Assembly: GCA_964500825.1 (NCBI GenBank)
Contig: CAZCQN010000001.1
Location: 1-63,120, forward strand
Length of the DNA: 63,120 nucleotides
Direction of reading: 5' to 3'
Source: an uncultured Verrucomicrobiota bacterium
GTDB lineage: Bacteria; Auribacterota; JABMQX01; JAFGEW01
Part shown: in pieces, positions 1 through 7,479 of the stretch
Numbering within the stretch: position 1 is the stretch's first letter
Layout of the letters: every line of letters starts with the position of its first letter
Translations under genes and position numbers: made by a program
The notes under the pieces: model-generated
Told to the model about the DNA's origin: nothing
What the model saw: only the letters and a program-made list of their open reading frames with translations
Databases searched by the model: none

Positions 1-1502
1 AGCTCGTCGAGCACGGCGAGCGCGACGTTGAGCTGCCCCTTGCCGCCGTCGATCACGATCAGGTCCGGCAGGCCGCCCTCGCCCTTGGCCCGCGTGTAGC
101 GCCGCGAGAGCACCTCGCGCATCATGGCGTAGTCGTCGCCGTGCTCGACGGTCCGGATGCGGAACTTGCGGTAGTCGGCCTTCGCCGGCTCGCCGTCGCG
201 GAACACGACCATCACCCCGACACGGTGCGCGCCGGCGATGTTCGACATGTCGAAGCAGTCGATCCGTTCGGGCACGCGGCCGAGCCGCAGCACGCGGCGC
301 GCCTCGTCGAGCAGATCGCGCCGGAGCGTGGTGCGGTCCTTGGCGGCCTCGAACGCGGCCTGCGCGTTTTTCGCGGCGAGCTCGACGAGGTTATGCTTCT
401 CGCCCCGTTTCGGCGCCGCGACCTCGACCGGGCCGCCGCGCCGCTCGGCGAGCACCTCGGCCACGCTCGCCGCGTCCACGGGCGCGACCGGCACAAGCAC
501 CTCGGGCGGAACGATGCCGGCCGCGCTGTAGAAGGTCAGCAGGAACGCGCCGAGAAACACCTCGTCGGGCTCCTGCACCTTGGAGAACGAGCGCGTCGTC
601 GTCTCGATCAGCCGGCCCTCGCGCACGTGGAGGACGGCGATCTGGAGCTCGTCCGCCTCGCGGTACAGGCCGAACGCGTCGCGCGAGGCCCATCTGGTCG
701 AGATAACGCGCTGGCGCTCGAGCGTCGCCGTGGCCGCGGCGATCTGGTCGCGCAGCCGGGCGGCCTCCTCGAAGTTCTCGTCGGTGGCGGCCGTTTCCAT
801 ACGGCGCTCGAGGTCGGCGACGAGCGCCTCGCCCTGGCCGCGCAGGAACTGGACCACGTTGCGGATGATGACCGCGTAGTCGGCCTCGCTGATGCTGCCC
901 ACGCACGGGCCGTAGCACTTGCGCATCTGGCAGTTGAGGCATGGCCGGCCCGTGCGCTGCGCCTCGCGGAACTGCGCGTCCGAGCATTGCCGCAGCGGGA
1001 AGATCTCGTGGAGCATCTTGACGGTGGCCCGCACCTTCTTGGCCGACGAGTACGGGCCGAAGTAGAGCACGCCCTCGCGCGGGCGGGTCCCGTCTCGGGG
1101 TTTTCGCCGGAGCCGGACGATCTCGAGCCGCGGGTACGGCGTGCGGGTATTGATGCGCAGGCTGAGGTAGGTCTTATCGTCGCGCCAGAAGACGTTGTAG
1201 CGCGGCTGGTACTCCTTGATCAGCGTCTCCTCGAGCAGCAGCGCCTCCTTCTCCGTCGAGGTGACGATCGTGTCGACGCCGGCCACCCGGCGCATCAGGA
1301 ACGGGACGCTGGGCCGGGTGTCGCGCTCGGGCGCGAGGTACTGGCGCACGCGCGCGCGCAGGTCCTGGGCCTTGCCGACGTAGATCACTCGGCCGGCCGA
1401 GTCCTTCATGATGTAGACGCCGGGCGAGCGCGGGATGTCGTCCAGGATCGCGGGATCGAGCGGCGGTGCGCCCGCCCGCCGACGTGTGCCGTTGTCTGCC
1501 AT
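1..1502 (-). CDS. uvrC: Excinuclease ABC subunit C (UvrC); 3' end runs off the left window edge
   Basis: Own reverse-strand translation from ATG (1502..1500): MADNGTRRRAG..PGVYIMKDSAGRVIYVGKAQDLRARVRQY (GIY-YIG), RPCLNCQMRKCYGPCVG (Cys cluster), EEAARLRDQI (UVR domain), IDCFDMSNIAGAHRVGVMVVFRDGEPAKADYRKFRIR (endonuclease domain). Open to position 1. Absent from the ORF track because it has no stop inside the window. Confidence 0.9.
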   Translation of the reverse strand, partial: MADNGTRRRAGAPPLDPAILDDIPRSPGVYIMKDSAGRVIYVGKAQDLRARVRQYLAPERDTRPSVPFLMRRVAGVDTIVTSTEKEALLLEETLIKEYQPRYNVFWRDDKTYLSLRINTRTPYPRLEIVRLRRKPRDGTRPREGVLYFGPYSSAKKVRATVKMLHEIFPLRQCSDAQFREAQRTGRPCLNCQMRKCYGPCVGSISEADYAVIIRNVVQFLRGQGEALVADLERRMETAATDENFEEAARLRDQIAAATATLERQRVISTRWASRDAFGLYREADELQIAVLHVREGRLIETTTRSFSKVQEPDEVFLGAFLLTFYSAAGIVPPEVLVPVAPVDAASVAEVLAERRGGPVEVAAPKRGEKHNLVELAAKNAQAAFEAAKDRTTLRRDLLDEARRVLRLGRVPERIDCFDMSNIAGAHRVGVMVVFRDGEPAKADYRKFRIRTVEHGDDYAMMREVLSRRYTRAKGEGGLPDLIVIDGGKGQLNVALAVLDE

Positions 1503-1590
1503 ACCACCAAGGGGCCGTTGCGAAACAGGTTGCCCGGTCGTTCGGCCCAGTATAGCACTCGATTCGAGGCTCGGGCCGTGCCGAAAGCCG

Positions 1591-1620
1591 TTGACGGGTC
1601 AATCTGGAACCACCTATTAT
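1591..1620 (+). promoter_or_regulatory. Candidate sigma70-type promoter upstream of tRNA-Ala
   Basis: TTGACG (1591-1596), 18-nt spacer, TATTAT (1615-1620), about 115 nt upstream of the tRNA. A 10-bp perfect inverted repeat CGTACGCGCG/CGCGCGTACG (1651-1660 / 1669-1678) lies between promoter and tRNA. Confidence 0.35.
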
Positions 1621-1733
1621 ACCCAATGACAAATGAGACAACCGCCCCGCCGTACGCGCGCGTTCGGACGCGCGTACGCGCACGCTCGGGTGCGGGGCGT
1701 GCTTGCCCGGCTCGGTGCTGGGCAAACCCCAGT

Positions 1734-1809
1734 GGGGGATTAGCTCAGTTGGTAGAGCGCATGCATGGCATGCATGAGGCCACCGGTTCAAACCCGGTAT
1801 CCTCCACCA
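1734..1809 (+). tRNA. tRNA-Ala (anticodon GGC), CCA encoded
   Basis: Manual cloverleaf: acceptor GGGGGAT/ATCCTCC with the G3:U70 Ala identity pair, D arm GCTC-AGTTGGTA-GAGC, anticodon arm CATGC-ATGGCAT-GCATG, T arm ACCGG-TTCAAAC-CCGGT, then discriminator A and CCA. Confidence 0.93.
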
Positions 1810-1835
1810 TCTTTTTTGCCGCGACGAGGTGACCT

Positions 1836-3587
1836 ATGTTTCTCCGGTCTCCTACGAGGCGAACGGCGCGGCAACGCGCTGCGCGGCACCGCCCGCCGCG
1901 TCGTTGGCGCCGCGTCGTGCTTGCCGCTTCCGTCATTGCGCTCGCGTTCGCGCTCGGCCCGGCCAGGGCGCTGCTCGCCGACGACGAGCCGCCCCGCCTG
2001 GCTGCCGAGATGACCGCGCAGGCGGCCGGCGAGGCACCGCCCGCCGGGGCCACTCCCGAGAAGCCCCTCATCTACTGTCTGAAGATCGACACGATGATCA
2101 ACGGGATCATGACGAGCTACGTGCAGCGCGGCCTCGAAGCGGCCAAGGAGGCGGGCGCCGATCTCGTTGTCATCGAGCTCAACACGCCGGGCGGCACCGT
2201 CGCCGCCTCGATCGACATCAGCAACCTGCTCAACGCGACGACGCTGCCCAACGTGGCCTGGGCCAACACGGAGGCCACCTCCGGGGGCGCGATGGTCGCC
2301 TACGCGTGCGACGACATCATCGTGTCCAGGGGCGGCACGGTCGGCGACGTGATCCCGATCATGATCGGCTCCGGCGGCCAGATCGTCGAGCTGCCCGAGA
2401 AGATCGTCGGCTACGTCGCCCAGAAGATGCGCGCGAACGCCGAGGCGAACGGCCACGACCCCGACCTGGCCGAGGCGATGGTGCGCACCTCGATGGAGAT
2501 CCGCTACGACGACTACGCCCGCGAGATGGAGGCCGAGGGCATCCGGCTCGGCATCCCCGAGCAATACCAGGGCGACGAGGAGCGGCGGGTCTCACCGGCC
2601 AGCGTCACAGTCGGCACGAGCCACGGGCAGCCGTCGGCCGAGGAGTTCGGCAAGGACTACATCATCAAGGAAGGCCAGGTGGTCAATTTCACCGCGCGCG
2701 AGGCGCTCTTCTTGCGCGTGGCCATCGGGCGCGCCAACACGATCGACGCGGATACAGCGGCGCCCGGCGTGGAGCGAATCACCGACATCGAGCAGTTCGC
2801 CCATCTGCGCGGGGCCAGGATCGTCACCGTCAGCCGATCGTGGTCGGAGAACGCGTGCTATTTCCTGACGAGCCCGGGGCTCGTCGTGCTGCTCCTGATC
2901 GGCGCCTTCGTTGGCATCGGCACCGAGCTGAAAGTGCCCGGGTTTGGCTTCCCGGGGATCTTGGGGCTGACGTGCCTCGCGCTGCTGTTCTTCGGGCAGA
3001 TGGGGACCGGGGCGGCCAAGTGGACCGACCTGATCCTGCTGGTGATCGGCATCATCCTGCTCGGCATTGAGATCTTCGTCATTCCCGGCTTCGGCATTCT
3101 CGGCGTGCTCGGCATCCTCTGCGTGGTCGGGGGCCTGATCATGATGCTTGTCGAGGATCCCCCCGCGGCGCCCGAGAAGCTGCCGATCGTGGCAAATCAG
3201 ATCCTGAACGCGATCTTGCTGCTCGGCATCGCCATCGTCGGCAGCGCCGTCGGCCTGTTCCTTATCTACTACTTCGTCCTGCCGCGGACGCAGTTCCTCG
3301 GCGCCGTCGTGCTCACCTCGCAGCAGCGGCGCGCGACCGGCTACCATGCGTCCGAGGGCACGGAGCTGGCCGAGCCCGAGAAGCTGATCGGCCGCACGGG
3401 CGTGGCCAAATCGAAGCTGCGGCCCGCGGGCCGGGCGATCTTCGACGGCGAGCCGTACGACGTGGTGACCCGGGGCGACTACCTCGAGCCGGGCGCCGAG
3501 GTCGAGATCATCGAGGTGAAGTCCAACCGCATCGTTGTGCGCGAGAAGCGGCCGCCTGCCGACACGCAACAGGGAGAGGAAACGTAG
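1836..3587 (+). CDS. nfeD: NfeD-family membrane-bound ClpP-class serine protease (long form: protease domain, multi-TM region, C-terminal OB-fold)
   Basis: 583-aa ORF with GAGGTG RBS before the ATG. Motifs: TMINGIMTSYVQRGLEAAKEAGADLVVIELNTPGGTVAASIDISNLL and TSGGAMVAYACD (ClpP/NfeD-like). Hydrophobic block LVVLLLIGAFVGIG..ILLGIEIFVIPGFGILGVLG. C-terminal KLRPAGRAIFDGEPYDVVTRGDYLEPGAEVEIIEV (NfeD OB-fold). Confidence 0.8.
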   Translation: MFLRSPTRRTARQRAARHRPPRRWRRVVLAASVIALAFALGPARALLADDEPPRLAAEMTAQAAGEAPPAGATPEKPLIYCLKIDTMINGIMTSYVQRGLEAAKEAGADLVVIELNTPGGTVAASIDISNLLNATTLPNVAWANTEATSGGAMVAYACDDIIVSRGGTVGDVIPIMIGSGGQIVELPEKIVGYVAQKMRANAEANGHDPDLAEAMVRTSMEIRYDDYAREMEAEGIRLGIPEQYQGDEERRVSPASVTVGTSHGQPSAEEFGKDYIIKEGQVVNFTAREALFLRVAIGRANTIDADTAAPGVERITDIEQFAHLRGARIVTVSRSWSENACYFLTSPGLVVLLLIGAFVGIGTELKVPGFGFPGILGLTCLALLFFGQMGTGAAKWTDLILLVIGIILLGIEIFVIPGFGILGVLGILCVVGGLIMMLVEDPPAAPEKLPIVANQILNAILLLGIAIVGSAVGLFLIYYFVLPRTQFLGAVVLTSQQRRATGYHASEGTELAEPEKLIGRTGVAKSKLRPAGRAIFDGEPYDVVTRGDYLEPGAEVEIIEVKSNRIVVREKRPPADTQQGEET

Positions 3588-3590
3588 GCC

Positions 3591-4097
3591 ATGGTATTGG
3601 TGGTCATACTGCTGGCGGTCGCCGGTGTCGCGCTCATTATCGGCGAGGTCTTTGTTCCGGGCGGCATCATCGGCACACTGGGGCTGCTCGCCCTGATCGG
3701 CTGCATTGTGCTGGCGGTTGGGCACTTCCCGACCGGCGGCATCATCGCCACGGTGCTTCTGATCCCGGTCGCTGGGCTCGGCGCCTGGCTCTTCGCGTTC
3801 CGGGTGCTGCGCAAAACGCGGCTGGGCCAGAGCGTCTTCCTGCAGTCAACTCAGAAGGGCGTGAGCGTTCTGTCGGGCTCGGCCGAGGAGCTGATGCAGC
3901 TCGTCGGCAAGCGCGGCGTGGCGCTCTCGTACCTGCGGCCCGCGGGTGTGGCCGACATCGACGGCGACCGCGTGGACGTTGTGAGCGAGGGCGAATACGT
4001 CAAGGCGGGCACGCCGATCGTCGTGCTCGAGATCGAGGGCAGCCACCTCGTCGTGCGCCCCGTCGACGACGAGGGCGAGCAAGAGCGTGCAACGTAG
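3591..4097 (+). CDS. Short NfeD-family protein (membrane anchor plus OB-fold domain)
   Basis: 168-aa ORF 3 nt after the previous stop. Three hydrophobic helices, then LRPAGVADIDGDRVDVVSEGEYVKAGTPIVVLEIEG, the NfeD C-terminal pattern. Confidence 0.7.
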   Translation: MVLVVILLAVAGVALIIGEVFVPGGIIGTLGLLALIGCIVLAVGHFPTGGIIATVLLIPVAGLGAWLFAFRVLRKTRLGQSVFLQSTQKGVSVLSGSAEELMQLVGKRGVALSYLRPAGVADIDGDRVDVVSEGEYVKAGTPIVVLEIEGSHLVVRPVDDEGEQERAT

Positions 4098-4106
4098 ACA
4101 GACCTG

Positions 4107-4565
4107 GTGCGAGCCATGATTGGCCCAACCGACATCATCAGCCAGATTGCTCAAGACAAGCCGTTGGCGCCTGCCTTGATTGCGGTGATCCTCGTGATCG
4201 GTCTCATGGTGCTTATCATCATGGGACTGATCATCACCTTCTTCCGGGTCTGGATGAAGGCCTGGACCGGCGGGGCGCCGATCAGTTTCGGCCTCTTGAT
4301 CGGCATGCGCCTCAGGAAGGTGCCGGCCGAGCGCCTCGTCGACGCGATGATCATCTTGCACAAGGCCGGTTTTCACGACGCCACCTACGACAAACTTGAG
4401 CTCCACCACGTCGCGGGCGGCGACGTGATGCAGGTGGCGCGCGCGCTGGCGGCTGCGCGGGTTGCCAACATGCCTTTTGCCTTCGGGCACGCGGCGGCCA
4501 TCGACCTCGATGGCCGCGACGTCGTCGCCGAGGTCGAACAGGTCACACGCGAGGCGCACGCATAG
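4107..4565 (+). CDS. FloA-like N-terminal paralog (TM segment plus first ~100 aa of the UPF0365/FloA fold, no SPFH core)
   Basis: 152 aa. [72 protein letters not shown] aligns by eye with residues ~90-190 of the downstream FloA ([72 protein letters not shown]). It stops where the SPFH region would begin. Confidence 0.6.
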   Translation: MRAMIGPTDIISQIAQDKPLAPALIAVILVIGLMVLIIMGLIITFFRVWMKAWTGGAPISFGLLIGMRLRKVPAERLVDAMIILHKAGFHDATYDKLELHHVAGGDVMQVARALAAARVANMPFAFGHAAAIDLDGRDVVAEVEQVTREAHA

Positions 4566-4618
4566 AGGGCAACGAATCGCACTCATCGAATAAGAACAAC
4601 GGGTCGAGGGAGGATTTC

Positions 4619-5788
4619 ATGAACGCACTACGACGTGATGCGGTGGCGAAGGCGCTCGGGGCTCTTGCATGCGCCGCTGTGCTCATCGGCGTTGTGTTGG
4701 CCGGCATAGCGTCGGCCGGCGCGGCGTCGTACGGCCACGAGCTGGTTGCCCAGGGCTCCGACAGCAAGCCGATGGGCACCGGCCTGATCGTGCTGTTCGC
4801 CATCTTGGCCATCTTCGTCCTGATCCTTTTGGGGGTCATCCTGGCCTTCTTCAAGATCTGGATTCGGGCGTACGCCTCCGGGGCGCACGTGACCTTCGGC
4901 ACGCTGGTTGGCATGCGCCTGCGCAAGGTGCCGGCCAGCCTGATCGTCGATGCGCGCATCATCGCCGCCAAGGCGGGCCTGGCCGGCACAACGACCAACG
5001 ACCTCGAGACCCACTTCCTCGCCGGCGGGAACGTGATCCAGGTGGTCCGGTCGCTTGTCGCGGCGGGCAAGGCCAACATCGACCTGTCGTTCGAGAAGGC
5101 GGCCGCCATCGACCTGGCCGGCCGCGACGTGTTCCAGGCCGTGCAGATCAGCGTCAAGCCCGAGGTGATCGACGCGCCCGACCCGACCAAGGGGCCCGAC
5201 AAGGTCGGCGCCGTCGCCAAGGACGGCATCCAACTCTGGGCCAAGGCGAAGGTGACCGTCCGGGCCAACCTCGCCCGGCTCGTCGGCGGCGCGTGGACCG
5301 AAACGGTCGTCGCCCGCGTCGGCGAGGGGATCGTCACCACGATCGGCTCGGCCGAGTCGCACAAGGCCGTGCTCGAGAACCCCGACATGATCTCCAGGAA
5401 GGTGCTTGAACGCGGCCTCGACTCGGGCACGGCATTCGAGATCCTCTCGATCGATATCGCCGACGTCGACGTGGGCGAGAATATCGGCGCCCGGCTCCAG
5501 ACCGACCAGGCCGAGGCCGACAAGCGCGTCGCCCAGGCCAAGGCCGAGGGCCGGCGCGCCATGGCCGTCGCGCAAGAGCAGGAAAACATCGCCCGTGTGG
5601 CCGAGATGCGCGCGCGCGTCGTCGAGGCCGAGGCGCAAGTGCCGCTGGCGATCGCCGATGCGTTCCGGCAGGGCAACCTGGGCGTGATGGACTACTACAA
5701 CCTGCGCAACATCCAGGCCGACACCTCGATGCGCGAGTCGATCGGCGGCCAGGGCCCGCGCGACAAGAAGAAGCCTGAACAGCCGTAA
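4619..5788 (+). CDS. floA: Flotillin-like protein FloA (UPF0365/YqfA family)
   Basis: 389 aa with an N-terminal hydrophobic hairpin and the conserved run [38 protein letters not shown]-terminal coiled region [26 protein letters not shown] and [17 protein letters not shown]. NfeD genes lie directly upstream, the known nfeD-floA pairing. Confidence 0.85.
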   Translation: MNALRRDAVAKALGALACAAVLIGVVLAGIASAGAASYGHELVAQGSDSKPMGTGLIVLFAILAIFVLILLGVILAFFKIWIRAYASGAHVTFGTLVGMRLRKVPASLIVDARIIAAKAGLAGTTTNDLETHFLAGGNVIQVVRSLVAAGKANIDLSFEKAAAIDLAGRDVFQAVQISVKPEVIDAPDPTKGPDKVGAVAKDGIQLWAKAKVTVRANLARLVGGAWTETVVARVGEGIVTTIGSAESHKAVLENPDMISRKVLERGLDSGTAFEILSIDIADVDVGENIGARLQTDQAEADKRVAQAKAEGRRAMAVAQEQENIARVAEMRARVVEAEAQVPLAIADAFRQGNLGVMDYYNLRNIQADTSMRESIGGQGPRDKKKPEQP

Positions 5789-5794
5789 TAAGTC

Positions 5795-6628
5795 ATGATC
5801 GAGTTCCTGCGCACCATAGCCGACGATGACAACGGCAGCCCGATCGGCCTGCTGGTCTTCCTGGCGTTTGTCGTGATCTCGTCGCTCATCGGCGCGCTGT
5901 CCAAAGCGGCCAACAAATCGCGCCAGCGCCGCGGGCAACAGCCGCGCAGCCAGGGCCTGCAGCCGCCGAGCGGTGCCGCAGATCGGCCGCCGACAGTGGA
6001 CCAGTTTCTCGATCAGATTCGCCGGATGGCCAAGGGCCAAGCCGGGCCGGCCGGAGGTCGCGAGCCCAGGCCAAAGGGACCGCTGTCGACGCCGGTGGCG
6101 CCCCTTCAGGCGCGCGGCGCGCCAGGTACTCCGCCGCCCCCACCGAGGCCGATGAGGCCGCGGGCGGCTGGTGGGCAGCCGATGCGGGCACCGGCGCCAC
6201 CGTCACGCCCGGTTCGGCCGGGCATGCGGCCCACACCCCGGCCCGTCGAGACCGTGCCGAGGCCGGCACCCGTCTCGAGGCCTCCGGAGCCAGCCATCCC
6301 CGCCGTCACCGCTGGGCCGAGTGACGTGATGAAGCAACTGGCCGCGCTGGCCGAGCGACCGCAACGACCGCCGACAGCCGCTCCGCCCAAGCGTGGGCCT
6401 CGGCCCAAGCCGAAGCCGGCGAAGGGGCCGGCGAAGGAACCGCCGAAACCTGTGCTCGCCCCTGCCGGCGCCAGACCGGCCGACCTGAGGGCGGCGCTGC
6501 GCCAGCGGCTCGCGGCCGGCCCGATCGCGCTGCGCGAGGCGATCGTGCTCGGCGAGGTCCTCGGCCAGCCGATCAGCATGCGGCGCCACCACGTACGCCG
6601 GCCGGGATCCGTCGGGCGCTTGATCTAG
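5795..6628 (+). CDS. Hypothetical membrane-anchored proline-rich protein
   Basis: 277-aa ORF 6 nt after the floA stop. One N-terminal TM (IGLLVFLAFVVISSLIGAL), a long low-complexity Pro/Ala/Arg region and a short ordered C-terminus (LREAIVLGEVLGQPISM). No recognisable family. Confidence 0.45.
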   Translation: MIEFLRTIADDDNGSPIGLLVFLAFVVISSLIGALSKAANKSRQRRGQQPRSQGLQPPSGAADRPPTVDQFLDQIRRMAKGQAGPAGGREPRPKGPLSTPVAPLQARGAPGTPPPPPRPMRPRAAGGQPMRAPAPPSRPVRPGMRPTPRPVETVPRPAPVSRPPEPAIPAVTAGPSDVMKQLAALAERPQRPPTAAPPKRGPRPKPKPAKGPAKEPPKPVLAPAGARPADLRAALRQRLAAGPIALREAIVLGEVLGQPISMRRHHVRRPGSVGRLI

Positions 6629-6718
6629 CGCGCCTGCTTGATCGAGCGGGCGGCGTCATGGTATTGAGGTCGGCCCGGCGCCATGCCGGGCCGACCGTTC
6701 CGCCCGTGCCGTGGCATT

Positions 6719-6805
6719 GCCGGAGTGGTGAAACTGGTAGACGCAGGGGACTCAAAATCCCCCGGGGGCAACCCCGTGCCGGTTCGAGTCCGGCCTCCGG
6801 CACCA
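6719..6805 (+). tRNA. tRNA-Leu (anticodon CAA), type II, CCA encoded
   Basis: Acceptor GCCGGAG/CTCCGGC, anticodon arm GGGGA-CTCAAAA-TCCCC, long variable arm CGGGGGCAACCCCG, T arm GCCGG-TTCGAGT-CCGGC, then A and CCA. Confidence 0.93.
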
Positions 6806-7010
6806 TTCCCTCCCTGTTGCGTTCGGCTTCTGCGAGCTGTCGGCACGGGGACGCAGACAGGCGCAGTCTTGCCGGTAAGCGGATCGATGAGGGTGGGGGC
6901 CCGCGGTGCGGTCGAGACGGGAGTAGCTCGAAACCCAGACGGCGGGTAGGCAACGGCCGCCGGAAGCAGCCTGGGAGATGACTGCCCCTGCGGGTTGCTG
7001 GCAGGGGGGT
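6806..7010 (+). repeat. Diverged copy of the tRNA-Leu trailer module (see 13399-13800)
   Basis: It directly follows the tRNA. ATTCCCTCCCTGTTGCGTTCGG resembles ATTCTTCATTCCCAACCACTTACGACTCAG. CACGGGGACGCAGACAGGC (6841-6861) resembles CTGGGGACACAGAAAGGC. GCCGCCGGAAGCAGCCTGGGAGATGAC (6955-6982) resembles GTGCCGGAAGCCGCTCG..GCAAGGAAGATGC. Confidence 0.35.
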
Positions 7011-7015
7011 GACGG

Positions 7016-7479
7016 CTAGGGTGTCCTGAGAGCGATCTCGATCGAGAGATCCCCCGCGTCGGTCACCACCGGGACGATCACGCACGACACATCGATGGGA
7101 TGGCTGTGACAATGAGCCGCGCCGACTGTCACCGTTGGCAGGGCGATGCTGTAGTCCAGGCCTCTCTCCTGCATGGTGGCTTTGGCGCCGCCGGCGATCA
7201 TGTTGCTGATCTCACCGACGCCATCCCTGACCGTTGTGCTGTTTTCCGTCTGCTCCTCGCCGAGCATCCTCGAGATGATCTTGCAGGCGACATCCTGGTC
7301 GAAGTTGATCGTGACCGTGCCGGTTGCCTTGCCGCTCAGACCGATGGAGCCCGAGATGTCGCCTCGGCGCCATTGTCGGCCTCGGTGACTTGACTAAACT
7401 GGAGCTTGTTCAGGGACTTGACGACGATACGGCGCATGGTCGATGAGTCATCAACGACCAACACTTGCATGTCAGGCAT
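7016..7479 (-). pseudogene. cheY'-'cheX remnant: first ~37 codons of a CheY receiver joined out of frame to the C-terminal ~115 codons of CheX
   Basis: Frame A from ATG 7479 reads MPDMQVLVVDDSSTMRRIVVKSLNKLQFSQVTEADNGAEA, then TSRAPSV and a stop at 7336. Frame B, open from 7393, reads ..GDISGSIGLSGKATGTVTINFDQDVACKIISRMLGEEQTEN..GEISNMIAGGAKATMQ..VPVVTDAGDLSIEIALRTP (CheX/CheC-like) to the stop at 7016. No start codon lies in frame B before 7267. The junction is at about 7363-7366. Confidence 0.6.

Noticed and set aside
141-1832. 563-aa + strand ORF and several other long ORFs overlapping uvrC
   Set aside because: Arg/Ala/Gly-rich antisense or alternative-frame shadows typical of high-GC DNA. 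The opposite strand encodes an unambiguous UvrC.
6983-7007. GC hairpin CCCCTGC..GCAGGGG as a terminator for cheX or tRNA-Leu
   Set aside because: No U tract on either strand. More likely part of the diverged trailer module.
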